Source: a virus (taxonomy: Duplodnaviria; Heunggongvirae; Uroviricota; Caudoviricetes). Taken from it: 64,000 nucleotides of DNA. The stretch lies in IMG/VR virus record IMGVR_UViG_3300010396_000041; one strand, 5' to 3'. Shown in pieces: positions 16,789 to 25,136 of the stretch. The stretch's first letter is position 1. The number at the start of each line of letters is the position of its first letter. Both the position numbers and the translations under genes were made by a program. The notes under the pieces are model-generated. The model had not been told where the DNA came from. It searched no databases and saw nothing but the letters and a program-made list of their open reading frames with translations.

Positions 16789-16864
16789 TAGCGGTGGTCG
16801 GATTCGAACCGACGATCTCAGGATTATGAGCCCTGCGGGGACGACCGAGCTCCCCTACACCGCG
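16789..16864 (-). tRNA. tRNA-Met (anticodon CAT); 1-72 mismatch and GGG in the anticodon stem hint at initiator-like features
   Basis: Loop CTCATAA, T-arm GTCGG-TTCGAAT-CCGAC. Confidence 0.55.
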
Positions 16865-16868
16865 TCGT

Positions 16869-16948
16869 TGGTGCCTGACCCCTACGAGAGTAGTCAGGCA
16901 CCGGGTCGGCTGGGAGCGCTTTTCCTCGGGCGAGGTTCGCTTTCGCCC
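16869..16948 (-). terminator. two tandem GC hairpins (GGTGCCTGAC...GTCAGGCACC and GGGCGAGGTTCGCTTTCGCCC)
   Basis: Directly downstream of the toxin-gene stop at 17003. Confidence 0.5.
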
Positions 16949-17002
16949 CGCTCCCTGCCGATGCCTCTATATTACGCTACTCGCTTCGGTGTACGCCAGT
17001 GA

Positions 17003-17239
17003 CTACGGGTGGGCGCGCTCAACCATACGGATGAACGTGATCGAGTCGGCGTGCAGAGCGAACACGGTGCGGTGCCGGTAGTCCTTGAAGTACACGAACC
17101 GCTTGTCGTCTCCCCGGGCGTCGTTGCCTGCCTGCCAGTACAGCGCGGTGATCTTCTCGACTACCGGGATGTTGTCCAGGCCGTGATGGACGTAGGAGAC
17201 CTCGAAGGTGTGCATGTCGCTGGCGACAGCTTCAGTCAT
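17003..17239 (-). CDS. YoeB/Txe-like (RelE superfamily) toxin (78 aa)
   Basis: Real part of ORF 17003..17296 from M20. ITALYWQAGNDARGDDKRFVY and HRTVFALHADSITFIRMVERAH resemble YoeB (DYLYWQETDKRIV; HRLVYAVTDDSLLIAACRYHY). AAGGAAAG RBS. Confidence 0.55.
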   Translation of the reverse strand: MTEAVASDMHTFEVSYVHHGLDNIPVVEKITALYWQAGNDARGDDKRFVYFKDYRHRTVFALHADSITFIRMVERAHP

Positions 17240-17249
17240 GAGCTTTCCT

Positions 17250-17534
17250 TCATGGTTGGTTGGTAGGCCACGACGGGTGCTCGTCTGACCAGTCATCTGG
17301 CAGCCGGTCCCAGCCGTGGGCGTCCTTGATCGCAGCGACCAGCATGCCGTACAGAGCGCCCGCAGGAGCCATGTGAAGCCCGCCAGAGGCTAGATGGATA
17401 TAGCGGGCTCTCTCAGCCTCGTAGAACGCCCTGTGAGAGCTCTCTAGGGCTACCGCATCCTGGGGCCCGTCTTCGGGCGGGAGACCCAGCGCGGCGAGGC
17501 GCTTGTGTCCCCTGACCTCTTCTGCCTGACTCAT
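17250..17534 (-). CDS. hypothetical protein (94 aa); position suggests a possible antitoxin
   Basis: Real part of ORF 17250..17594 from M21. No recognisable YefM/Phd motif. Confidence 0.4.
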   Translation of the reverse strand: MSQAEEVRGHKRLAALGLPPEDGPQDAVALESSHRAFYEAERARYIHLASGGLHMAPAGALYGMLVAAIKDAHGWDRLPDDWSDEHPSWPTNQP

Positions 17535-17666
17535 GGTTGCCACCTGCATCGGAGATGATAGATGTCCGGTTCTGTCATGGTTCAACCTGGGCACTGCCGC
17601 CTGCCGTAGGAGCAGCTTACGGAAACGCCCAGGTCGTCGTTATGCCACCTGCGGTTATGTGGCACC

Positions 17667-19097
17667 CTAGTTCTCGCAGCCGCACTTCGGGCAGCGGTCG
17701 TGAATCTCAGGCAGGTACGGGTGCTTGCACTCCTGACAGGTGATCGCCCCGTACCCCTCCATCCACGAGCCCTCCGTCAGCCCCGTCAGCTCCGTCGCCG
17801 CCCACACCAGCGCATCCATCCGGTCCGGGCTGCCCGAGAGGCCAGGCACGTAGGTGCACAGCTGGTCCTCCAGCTCCGGCAACGTCCCGACATGATGCAT
17901 ACGGCCCTGCTCGTACAGGGAAGAGATCGGCTCCGCCCTGATGGTCTTGCCCCTGGAGGCACGCACCTGCTTGTAAGGAACGTTACGGTCCACAGCCCGC
18001 AGAGTCCGGCCGATGTAGTCGCCGCCGTTGTTCACCTCAGCAACGATGCAGTCAGCTTTGAACTCCCGGTACACCCACAGGGCCCGGCGCATCACCTCGT
18101 CAGGGGTGCCCCGGAACGAGTAGTCACCCAGGACGTAGCCGTGATCACCCTGATGCCCGACCACGACGATGCCTGACTCGTCCGACTCATCGCCGGAGGT
18201 CACCGCAGGGTCGATCGCTACCACGACGCGGGTGAGGTTCGGGACCTCTTCCTTCCCGACCCGGTACTGGTCGATCACCGTGCGCGACCACAGGGCGCCC
18301 TCAATGTCCTCCAACAGCTCGCCTTCGAGCTCCTGGCGGCCCAGGCGGGAACCTTCGTAGCGATGCTTGAGCTCCGCCAGCGCTGTCGCCGAGAGGTTCA
18401 GCGCGTTCTCCCAGGTCGATCCCCGGGTGATGTGGACCGAGCCGTCCTTGCGGCCGAACAGGTCCCGGATCAGCTTCGTCGGGCGCGGGGTGGTGGTGAC
18501 CACGATGCGGGGTTTCTCGCCTTTACGCAGCGCAGGGACCAGTCCCTCATGCCAGGTGGCTTCGTAGCGCCAGGAGCCGAGCTCATCACACCAGGCGCCC
18601 CACAGGTTCGCGCCTCGGGCGCGTTCGGGCTGGTCGGCGGAGTAGCCGTAGATCACGGAGTTGTTCTTCAGCATGATCTGTAGCTCGTTGCGGCGGTAGT
18701 TCGCCAGCTGGTCCTCGCCGAGGGCTTTCAGCACGCCGGTGGAGCCTTCGAGGCAGGTCTTGCGCACGTCACGGAACGTGGGTGCGAACACCGCCCATTC
18801 GGAGCCGGGGAACTTCAGCGCCTGCTTCACCAGCCAGGTCGAGCCGACCAGGGACTTGCCGAATCCTCGGCCGGACATCAGCAGCCAGATCACGAAGTCG
18901 TCGTCTGGGCCTTGGCAGCCGCAGGTGAAGCCGTTGCCGTCAGGCTTGTGGTGGTCTGGGTGGTCGGGGGGTAGCTGCTTGGGTCGGAAGGTGTCGGGGT
19001 AGCGGGAAGCGCGAAGCACGCCGAGTCTGGCTTGTAGGGCCATGTACTCGGCGTGCTTCTGCTCTAGCAGGCGTTTAATCTCCCGTGGGTCATCCAC
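17667..19097 (-). CDS. terminase large subunit (476 aa)
   Basis: Terminase-like N-terminal region (SGRGFGKSLVGSTWLVKQALKFPGSEWAVFAPTF). C-terminal Zn ribbon (CQECK...CPKCGC). Confidence 0.9.
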   Translation of the reverse strand: MDDPREIKRLLEQKHAEYMALQARLGVLRASRYPDTFRPKQLPPDHPDHHKPDGNGFTCGCQGPDDDFVIWLLMSGRGFGKSLVGSTWLVKQALKFPGSEWAVFAPTFRDVRKTCLEGSTGVLKALGEDQLANYRRNELQIMLKNNSVIYGYSADQPERARGANLWGAWCDELGSWRYEATWHEGLVPALRKGEKPRIVVTTTPRPTKLIRDLFGRKDGSVHITRGSTWENALNLSATALAELKHRYEGSRLGRQELEGELLEDIEGALWSRTVIDQYRVGKEEVPNLTRVVVAIDPAVTSGDESDESGIVVVGHQGDHGYVLGDYSFRGTPDEVMRRALWVYREFKADCIVAEVNNGGDYIGRTLRAVDRNVPYKQVRASRGKTIRAEPISSLYEQGRMHHVGTLPELEDQLCTYVPGLSGSPDRMDALVWAATELTGLTEGSWMEGYGAITCQECKHPYLPEIHDRCPKCGCEN

Positions 19098-19593
19098 GCT
19101 GTTCCTCGGCGGCGATCTGCTCGTTGAGTTCGGCGATAGCGGCGTCGAACGCGGAGGAGATGTTCACCTCTGCCTTCACGTTGATCTTCAGGGCTGCGTC
19201 CAGGCCGAGGAGCTTGGCGCGGCGTTCCTGGATCGCCAGTAGGTCCCTACGGGCACGGGAGTTGGGTGCCGTGTCGTAGATGGGGGTGCCGTCGGGGTTG
19301 ACGGCGATGCGGCCTGACTGGGTGACGTGGGGGTGGCGGGTGAGGGCTTCGCGCCAGGCGATGGCGCGCAGGGAGTCGAGTTCTTCGAGCTGTTCGGCAA
19401 CGATCTCGTCGACGGTGGAGCGGAGTTCGGCGGCGCGCTGGGAGAAGCCGAGGGAGGCGTCTTTGCGTGCGGTGCCTTCGGTGATGCCGAGTTCGCGTGC
19501 GATGTCCGCGTATCGGGCGCCGCGTGCTTTCATGGCGATGACTCGGGTGCGGCGCTCGGCGACCTCGGCCTGCTTTGCGATGTTCGCAGGCAT
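19090..19593 (-). CDS. terminase small subunit (HTH) (167 aa)
   Basis: HTH ARGARYADIARELGITEGTARKDASLG. 8-nt overlap with terL. Confidence 0.75.
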   Translation of the reverse strand: MPANIAKQAEVAERRTRVIAMKARGARYADIARELGITEGTARKDASLGFSQRAAELRSTVDEIVAEQLEELDSLRAIAWREALTRHPHVTQSGRIAVNPDGTPIYDTAPNSRARRDLLAIQERRAKLLGLDAALKINVKAEVNISSAFDAAIAELNEQIAAEEQRG

Positions 19594-19629
19594 GGAGTTC
19601 TCCTGTATGTGTGAAGTGTTGTAGCTAGT

Positions 19630-19803
19630 TTACTGGTTGGGTGGCTGCTGTGTCGTGTTGATCTTGATGAGTGCGGCGATCAACTCGATAGCTTCGGAGC
19701 GGTCGAAGCCAGCGGCACGGTAATTCTTGTACATCTCGTAGGTGGCGATGGCTCCGGCGAGGGCGTCGGGGAGTGCTTCGTTGATGTGCTGTTCTTCGTC
19801 CAT
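19630..19803 (-). CDS. hypothetical protein (57 aa)
   Basis: Manual: MDEEQHINEALPDALAGAIATYEMYKNYRAAGFDRSEAIELIAALIKINTTQQPPNQ. Confidence 0.4.
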   Translation of the reverse strand: MDEEQHINEALPDALAGAIATYEMYKNYRAAGFDRSEAIELIAALIKINTTQQPPNQ

Positions 19804-19807
19804 TGGC

Positions 19808-19966
19808 CTAGTGGAAGTAGTCGCGGCGGGCGAAGTGCAGGGCGAGGAACGTCAGTCCTGCCAGCGCCAGGGTGGTGGGGGTGAACCAGGCGTTGTTGAT
19901 GTGCGCCTGGGTGCCTTGCAGGATCGTGGCGACGGCGAGGAGTACGGCTGCGACGACGGCGAACAT
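19808..19966 (-). CDS. small membrane protein (52 aa)
   Basis: Manual: MFAVVAAVLLAVATILQGTQAHINNAWFTPTTLALAGLTFLALHFARRDYFH. AAGGAGG RBS. Confidence 0.4.
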   Translation of the reverse strand: MFAVVAAVLLAVATILQGTQAHINNAWFTPTTLALAGLTFLALHFARRDYFH

Positions 19967-20242
19967 TTAGTCCTCCTTGGGGCGGCCACTGATCTTGTCC
20001 ATCAGGTTGTTGATGGCGTCAGTGTCCATGACCTGTGCCCCGTGGATCTTGAAAGTATGCTCGTCGCGCTTCGCCCGGTACTCCGTGACGATTTCGCCGA
20101 TGACATGCAGGATCATCTCGTCGTCCCAGTCATCGAACCTCGGGTCATCGAGGTTGCGGGCAAGAGACTTGATCGCCTGGCGTAGGGTCTTGCGGGCCAT
20201 CGCGTAGTTACCTCCGATGGGCCAGCGCTTCATGTCGCTCAT
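19967..20242 (-). CDS. hypothetical protein (91 aa)
   Basis: ORF track. Confidence 0.55.
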   Translation of the reverse strand: MSDMKRWPIGGNYAMARKTLRQAIKSLARNLDDPRFDDWDDEMILHVIGEIVTEYRAKRDEHTFKIHGAQVMDTDAINNLMDKISGRPKED

Positions 20243-20502
20243 CTGCTGCTCCGGTAGGTCGCGAGGGTCGCGTGGATCTGGGCTCTAGCGAGGGTCCAGG
20301 TCATGCCGATCTCGGACATGCGGGTCGGGTCGGCAGCGAGGAGGCGTTCAGCTTCCAGGTAGTGCTCTTCCGGGGTGAACGTGGGTGCCTCGGTGCGGCG
20401 GGTGACCCGTAGCTCGGTCATCTCCTGCTCCAGCTTCTCAACCCGGTAGGCCAGCGATTGGAGGAGCTGGGTGGGGTTGCGCGGCTCGGGCCAGTCTGTC
20501 AT
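20239..20502 (-). CDS. hypothetical protein (87 aa)
   Basis: ORF 20239..20568 from M23. Confidence 0.5.
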   Translation of the reverse strand: MTDWPEPRNPTQLLQSLAYRVEKLEQEMTELRVTRRTEAPTFTPEEHYLEAERLLAADPTRMSEIGMTWTLARAQIHATLATYRSSR

Positions 20503-20852
20503 CCGCCGATGATCCTGTATCCGGCTTGTGGGCGGGCGGCTGCTGCTTTCAACGCCTTGACTTCGCATTCGAGCTGGTGAAGGCGGGAGATCAGGGTGGA
20601 GGCGAGTTCTTTGGACACGTGGGTCAAGGCGACCTCTGCCGGGAACGGGATCACCACGACCTGGCGTTCCAGTTTGGCTTCGAGGTACTGCTGGTACTCG
20701 CGTGCCTGGTTCGGGGTCAGCGCCTGGTGTAGCGGGCGGATGAACACGATGTCGTCGGGGCCGATGTTCGCCGAGCCGATCGGTGCCCAGGCGGGTCCGG
20801 CTTCGATCTTGTCGAGGCGGGCGGCGAGGGTGTGGAGCGCTTCGTCGGTCAT
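20499..20852 (-). CDS. hypothetical protein (117 aa)
   Basis: ORF 20499..20942 from M31. Confidence 0.5.
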   Translation of the reverse strand: MTDEALHTLAARLDKIEAGPAWAPIGSANIGPDDIVFIRPLHQALTPNQAREYQQYLEAKLERQVVVIPFPAEVALTHVSKELASTLISRLHQLECEVKALKAAAARPQAGYRIIGG

Positions 20853-21112
20853 CCGGTCACCGCGATCGTGTGGGCATCGCAGAAGTACTCGCCGGTCTCG
20901 GCGGGGCGGGGGCAGCGGCCCAGGCCGAGCGGGCTCATGCACAGCCCTGCGTTGCGGTGCGCTTTCGCGCGGCGGCGGCCAGGCCCGGAAGTCGGGATGA
21001 GCCGGTCAGCGTTCTGCTGGAGTAGCCGCAGGGTACGACGGTGGTTGGCCAAGCGGGCTTCGACCTTGAACAGGGCTGCCTGGCGGTTGCGGTCGCGGTA
21101 GCGGGGGGTCAC
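20849..21112 (-). CDS. hypothetical protein (87 aa)
   Basis: ORF track. Confidence 0.45.
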   Translation of the reverse strand: MTPRYRDRNRQAALFKVEARLANHRRTLRLLQQNADRLIPTSGPGRRRAKAHRNAGLCMSPLGLGRCPRPAETGEYFCDAHTIAVTG

Positions 21113-21178
21113 GTGGCTGCCTCCGTGGTTGATGGTGGGGTGCCGACCGGCGGTGCTGATCCGCCGGTCGGCGGTGGG

Positions 21179-21400
21179 TCATGGTGCGTAGATGATGCGG
21201 GTGGCGCCGCCATGTCCGTGGATCGTCTCGACGTCTTCGATGCTGGCGTAGATCGCGGTTGAGGCGACCGTGGTGCGCCAGCGTAGGGCGCAGGCACCGT
21301 CGGTGAAGATGATCCCTTCGGCGACGGTGCCGGTGCCGGAGGTGCCGGTGACGTCTTCCTCGCGGTAGAGGTAGAAGATCCGCATGCTGGGGTCGTTCAC
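21179..21400 (-). CDS. hypothetical protein (73 aa)
   Basis: ORF track (GTG start). Confidence 0.5.
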   Translation of the reverse strand: MNDPSMRIFYLYREEDVTGTSGTGTVAEGIIFTDGACALRWRTTVASTAIYASIEDVETIHGHGGATRIIYAP

Positions 21401-21549
21401 GGCTCTCGGCCTGCTCCCTCGCAGCGGGGGGCGAATGGTAGGTGGCTGGTGAGGTTCTTGTTCACGTGGTGGCGTACCAGGCCTTTGCGGGTGAGTTGGA
21501 ATTCTCGTCCGCAGACCGGGCAGATCACCCGTTCGATGTGCCTGCTCAC
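21397..21549 (-). CDS. zinc-finger mini-protein (50 aa)
   Basis: Manual: VSRHIERVICPVCGREFQLTRKGLVRHHVNKNL... GTGA overlaps at both ends. Confidence 0.4.
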   Translation of the reverse strand: MSRHIERVICPVCGREFQLTRKGLVRHHVNKNLTSHLPFAPRCEGAGREP

Positions 21550-21788
21550 GCGTGCAGGTCGGTCACTGCCTGCTCAGCTGCCGCGATAACGGCAGGAGCG
21601 GCGTTCTCCGCTGCCTTCTCCGCGTCCTGGGCCAGACCCTCGCCTGCCTTCTCCGCGTCGGCCAGAACCGCTTCTCCGGCGGTTTCTGCCGCCTCCTCGG
21701 CGATCGGGGCGTCCTTCTTAAAGACGGCCTCGAACTTGTCGGCGAACTCGTGGATCAGGTCTGCGAGGTCGTGGAAGGGGTTAGCCAT
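21546..21788 (-). CDS. hypothetical acidic protein (80 aa)
   Basis: ORF track. Confidence 0.5.
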   Translation of the reverse strand: MANPFHDLADLIHEFADKFEAVFKKDAPIAEEAAETAGEAVLADAEKAGEGLAQDAEKAAENAAPAVIAAAEQAVTDLHA

Positions 21789-21972
21789 GGTGATCCTTAC
21801 GTTTCGCTGCCTGGCAGTCCGCTGCCTGGCGCAGGGCTGTTAGGTCGTACAGGCGGCGCCGGGGATGGCTCGGGTCCTTCTGGGAGGGGACCTTGTAGAT
21901 CGAGACCCAGTACCGGATGGTGCCCGGGGCGACCTTGAACATCACGGCTGCTGCTTGAGCGTCGGCGTACAA
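21781..21972 (-). CDS. excisionase/MerR-like HTH DNA-binding protein (63 aa)
   Basis: MFKVAPGTIRYWVSIYKVPS resembles Xis-type HTH. Confidence 0.45.
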   Translation of the reverse strand: MYADAQAAAVMFKVAPGTIRYWVSIYKVPSQKDPSHPRRRLYDLTALRQAADCQAAKRKDHHG

Positions 21973-21973
21973 C

Positions 21974-22105
21974 AGGCGCCTCCCCCGGTTACTCTCTGTC
22001 GCGGGGGCGCCCAGTTCGCGCCAACTAGCAGCACTATTGTTGGTGATCTTGAAACTGTCAAGCTGGGCAACGCGAAGACCCCCGGGCCGCTAGGGCACCG
22101 GGGGT
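21974..22105 (-). terminator. two GC hairpins (GGCGCCTCCCCCG...CGGGGGCGCC at 21974-22012; GACCCCCGG...CCGGGGGTC at 22076-22105) flanking a locally AT-rich island containing TTGACA
   Basis: The second hairpin directly follows the stop at 22120. The AT-rich 22020-22070 could hold a sigma70-like promoter reading leftward. Confidence 0.4.
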
Positions 22106-22119
22106 CTGGCAGGGGTAGA

Positions 22120-22548
22120 TCAGGGCTTCGGCGCAGCGTTGCGCAGCCGCTCAGGCTCCGCCACCATGCCCGCCACCCCAAGCAGGCACGACTCCTGCAC
22201 ATCCTTGAGCTCATCGGTCACCGTGATCAACACACCGCCGTTGATCCAGATCTCGCCGACCTTCTCGATCAACGACAGCTTGGACGCAGCCTGATGCAGC
22301 CCAGGCACCACCAGCGAACGCATATACACGTTCGTCAGCGGCCACAGCGCGTCCTTCGCCGCGTCCAGGTGCCGCGCCGCCCGCTGGTAGTCCTCGTCAT
22401 CGACCGCAGAGCCAGCGGCGCGCAGAGCCTTCGCTGCCGTACCCAGCGCCGCGTACTGCTCGGGGCGCTCCAGGATCAGCGCGTCGGCGCCCAGGGAGCA
22501 GCAGCGCGCCATCGACTCCAGGCGCAGGCGGGTGCTGGAGAGATCCAT
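22120..22548 (-). CDS. hypothetical protein (142 aa)
   Basis: ORF track. Confidence 0.55.
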   Translation of the reverse strand: MDLSSTRLRLESMARCCSLGADALILERPEQYAALGTAAKALRAAGSAVDDEDYQRAARHLDAAKDALWPLTNVYMRSLVVPGLHQAASKLSLIEKVGEIWINGGVLITVTDELKDVQESCLLGVAGMVAEPERLRNAAPKP

Positions 22549-22964
22549 CAGAACCCTCCGTTCAGCTTGAGGTACTTGGCCAGGGCGGTCAGCTCGGTCA
22601 CCATCGCCGAGCCGGTCGTGTTGATCCAGTCCTCGTCGGCGGCCACCTTCGGGTGCCCCTCGGAGTAGCCGAAGCCGGACAGCACCTCGGCGAACACGGC
22701 GACAGCGGCAATCTCGTCGCTCAGTCCGCCGCCCTGGAGCGCTTCCATCGCCATCGCCAGGTACATCGTCGCGGTGCCGCTAGCGTCGATGGAGGGGTTC
22801 GCCAGCAGGCCCGTCGCCGCGCGGTAGGGGGCGGCCATGCGGATCAGGCACAGCGTGATCTCGGCGGTCTGGATGTCGCAGGCGGCGTTCTCGAAGGCTT
22901 CGGCGACTCGGGCGAGGTAGGTCGCGGCCATCGCGCGCCGCTGCCAGCCGGGTGCGTCGCTCAT
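22548..22964 (-). CDS. hypothetical protein (138 aa)
   Basis: ORF track. Confidence 0.55.
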   Translation of the reverse strand: MSDAPGWQRRAMAATYLARVAEAFENAACDIQTAEITLCLIRMAAPYRAATGLLANPSIDASGTATMYLAMAMEALQGGGLSDEIAAVAVFAEVLSGFGYSEGHPKVAADEDWINTTGSAMVTELTALAKYLKLNGGF

Positions 22965-23122
22965 GACTGCACCTCGCCGTCGGTCAGCTCGATCACGGTG
23001 CCCTCCGGCACGAGCGCGTCCAGGGACTGCTCGAAGTCCCGAGCCGCCTTACGCGCCGGGTCGGGCATGCTGGCGGATGCGTCGATGATGAACCCGAGGT
23101 CGGGGTTGATCTCGTCGGTCAT
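22961..23122 (-). CDS. hypothetical protein (53 aa)
   Basis: ORF 22961..23188 from M23. GGAAGGAG RBS. Confidence 0.5.
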   Translation of the reverse strand: MTDEINPDLGFIIDASASMPDPARKAARDFEQSLDALVPEGTVIELTDGEVQS

Positions 23123-23154
23123 GGTTCTCCTTCCGGGGCGGGCATCTCCCGCTA

Positions 23155-23169
23155 TGAGTAGCGTAGCAT
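23155..23169 (-). promoter_or_regulatory. conserved upstream motif TGAGTAGCGTAGCAT
   Basis: 32 nt upstream of ATG 23122. Confidence 0.6.
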
Positions 23170-23214
23170 GACGAAAGCCCGCCAGCACGGGGCCAGCGGG
23201 CTTTGGGAAGTTGA

Positions 23215-23634
23215 TCAGGCGCGCTCGGCAGCGACGAACTCCGCCAGGATGACCCGAATCTCCGCCACTGTCACCACCCCGCGCATGCGGCCGATCACCT
23301 GCTTGATCGCCGAGGCGGCGTCAACGAGGTCGCGCACCCTCGGCTTCTCGCCAAGGTCGTCGACCAGCTGACGCAGCCAGGCGAACTGACCCGGGCGGCC
23401 ACTGCCGGAGATCAGCATCAGGTCCTCGGCGAGGATCATCAGGCGGTGCTCGTAGGAGCCCTCCTCGACCTCGACCAGGTCCTTGGCGAAGACCAGGCTC
23501 TGGAAGTTGGGGCGCGAAAGCCAGAAGGAGAGGTAGATCCGGTCGTTTCCGTCGATGTCGTTGTAGCCGTGGGCGACCCGACCCCACTCGGTACCGTCGG
23601 TGCTGACCATCAGCTTGCCGGTCATCTCGTTCAT
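23215..23634 (-). CDS. hypothetical protein (139 aa)
   Basis: ORF 23215..23790 from M53. GAGAGGAG RBS. Confidence 0.55.
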   Translation of the reverse strand: MNEMTGKLMVSTDGTEWGRVAHGYNDIDGNDRIYLSFWLSRPNFQSLVFAKDLVEVEEGSYEHRLMILAEDLMLISGSGRPGQFAWLRQLVDDLGEKPRVRDLVDAASAIKQVIGRMRGVVTVAEIRVILAEFVAAERA

Positions 23635-23668
23635 GTTCTGCTCCTCTCGGGTGAGCGTCCTTCGCTCT

Positions 23669-23683
23669 GTGAGCAATGTAGCA
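23669..23683 (-). promoter_or_regulatory. conserved motif variant TGAGCAATGTAGCAC
   Basis: 34 nt upstream of ATG 23634. Confidence 0.5.
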
Positions 23684-23711
23684 CAACCGACCGGGGTGCG
23701 CACCGGTCCTG

Positions 23712-23735
23712 CGGTTGGCCAACTGGCCAAACCCA
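23712..23735 (-). terminator. palindromic hairpin GGTTTGGCCAGTTGGCCAACC
   Basis: Follows the stop at 23842. Related palindrome at 27268-27300. Confidence 0.45.
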
Positions 23736-23841
23736 GGACCGTCAGCGAAGCGCCAGGAGCGCCGCTCCCGCGCTGGCGACCCCTGGGCAAGGCAATGCCC
23801 CCCGGGCGGCTCCCGAGGGGCGGAGAAGCGCTCCTGAAGGC

Positions 23842-24408
23842 TTAGAGCGCCTTGATAGCGGCGATGGCCGCCCGCGCCTGCCGCGTACGCAGCGGTGCCA
23901 GAACCTTGCGGGCCGCGACCAGCTCGTCAGTCTCGACCAGGCCCGCCGCCTCCTTCAGCGCGTCCTGCGAAGCCTTGGTCAGCGCCTTCGCCGAGGCCTC
24001 CAGCAGCGTCTCGACGATCGCCTTGCGCGCCCACTGGCGGGGGAAGATCTCTTCGTCCTCGACCGCCGCGTCCTCAGCCTCGGTGATCGTCTTGGCGACC
24101 TCGGCGACCGCCTTGACCAGCTCGACCTCGACCAGCGAAACCTGCCCGGCGCCTTCGAGGTCAGCCAGCTGAGCGCGCAGGCCCATCAGCTCGTACTCGA
24201 CCTCGGCGAGCTCGGCGGTCAGCTCCTTGATCTTGTCGTCCCACCGCAGCTCGGCCTGCGAGGCGACCCGGTGGGCCTGACCCTTGGCCCAACGGCGCTT
24301 GTCGCGGGCCAGGCCCCGGCGCCCCTCGGCGTTCTCGATCTGCTCGGCCAGGCGGGCGGAGCGGGCGGTGAGGGTCTGGATCTTCTTGGCGATCTGCGTG
24401 GCGTTCAT
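23842..24408 (-). CDS. PLRTR-tail family paralog 1 (188 aa), coiled-coil N-terminus
   Basis: C-terminus AARKVLAPLRTRQARAAIAAIKAL. Confidence 0.6.
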   Translation of the reverse strand: MNATQIAKKIQTLTARSARLAEQIENAEGRRGLARDKRRWAKGQAHRVASQAELRWDDKIKELTAELAEVEYELMGLRAQLADLEGAGQVSLVEVELVKAVAEVAKTITEAEDAAVEDEEIFPRQWARKAIVETLLEASAKALTKASQDALKEAAGLVETDELVAARKVLAPLRTRQARAAIAAIKAL

Positions 24409-24447
24409 GGTTTCTGCCTCCGTCTCTGTCGCGCGTCCTTCGCGCTA

Positions 24448-24462
24448 TGAGTAATATAGCAT
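24448..24462 (-). promoter_or_regulatory. conserved motif TGAGTAATATAGCAT
   Basis: 39 nt upstream of ATG 24408. Confidence 0.55.
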
Positions 24463-24490
24463 AGCGGCGCCGGAGGTCGCACCTCCCTCT

Positions 24491-25021
24491 CTACAGCGCC
24501 CGGATCAGCGCAATCGCCTTCAGGGCCGCCTTCGTGCGCAGCGGAATCAGCACCCGCCGAGCCGCCTGCGCATCGCCGCCCTGAAGCTCCATCGCCGCGT
24601 CCAGCAGCGCCTCCCGGCTGGCCTCGGTGCGCGCCGAGCACGCAGCAGAGAACACGAAGAACCGGATCTCGTCGAGCTCGGGAGTCTCGATCACCTCGGC
24701 GGGGGCAGGCGCCTCGGTGTTCTCGATGCACTCGATCATGGAGATGTTCTCCAGCAGCGCCAGCTCCTCGCGCAGCGCGGCGATGTGGCTGGTCAGCTGG
24801 GCGATACGCACCGAGGGGCGGGAGGTCTTGCGCGCCGCCTGATAGCGCACCAGCGCCCGACCGGCGACCGCGATGTCGTGGTACAGGCCGTTGATGTTCG
24901 CCTGCTCGGCTGCGGCACGCTGGGCGTCGGTCATGCTCGCGGCGTTGCGCTCGGCGCAAGCGGTGATCGCCGCGTAGCCGGAGTGGCGCTTGCCGCAGGT
25001 CACGCAGTACATCGCGCTCAT
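24491..25021 (-). CDS. PLRTR-tail family paralog 2 (176 aa)
   Basis: ORF 24491..25096 from M26. C-terminus AARRVLIPLRTKAALKAIALIRAL. Confidence 0.6.
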   Translation of the reverse strand: MSAMYCVTCGKRHSGYAAITACAERNAASMTDAQRAAAEQANINGLYHDIAVAGRALVRYQAARKTSRPSVRIAQLTSHIAALREELALLENISMIECIENTEAPAPAEVIETPELDEIRFFVFSAACSARTEASREALLDAAMELQGGDAQAARRVLIPLRTKAALKAIALIRAL

Positions 25022-25056
25022 GATCTTCTCCCTTCCGGCGAGCGTGTTTCGCTCTG

Positions 25057-25071
25057 TGAGTAGCGTAGCAT
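25057..25071 (-). promoter_or_regulatory. conserved motif TGAGTAGCGTAGCAT
   Basis: 35 nt upstream of ATG 25021. Confidence 0.6.
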
Positions 25072-25136
25072 TGCCGCACCTGGGCTGGCACGACAAAGGC
25101 GCCCGCCTCTTTCGAGGGGGCGCCTTCGCGCGGGTC

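Noticed and set aside
22020-22070. AT-rich island considered as attP/integration site
   Set aside because: No integrase gene, no tRNA-derived core and no flanking direct repeats in the window. More likely a promoter/terminator region (TTGACA present).
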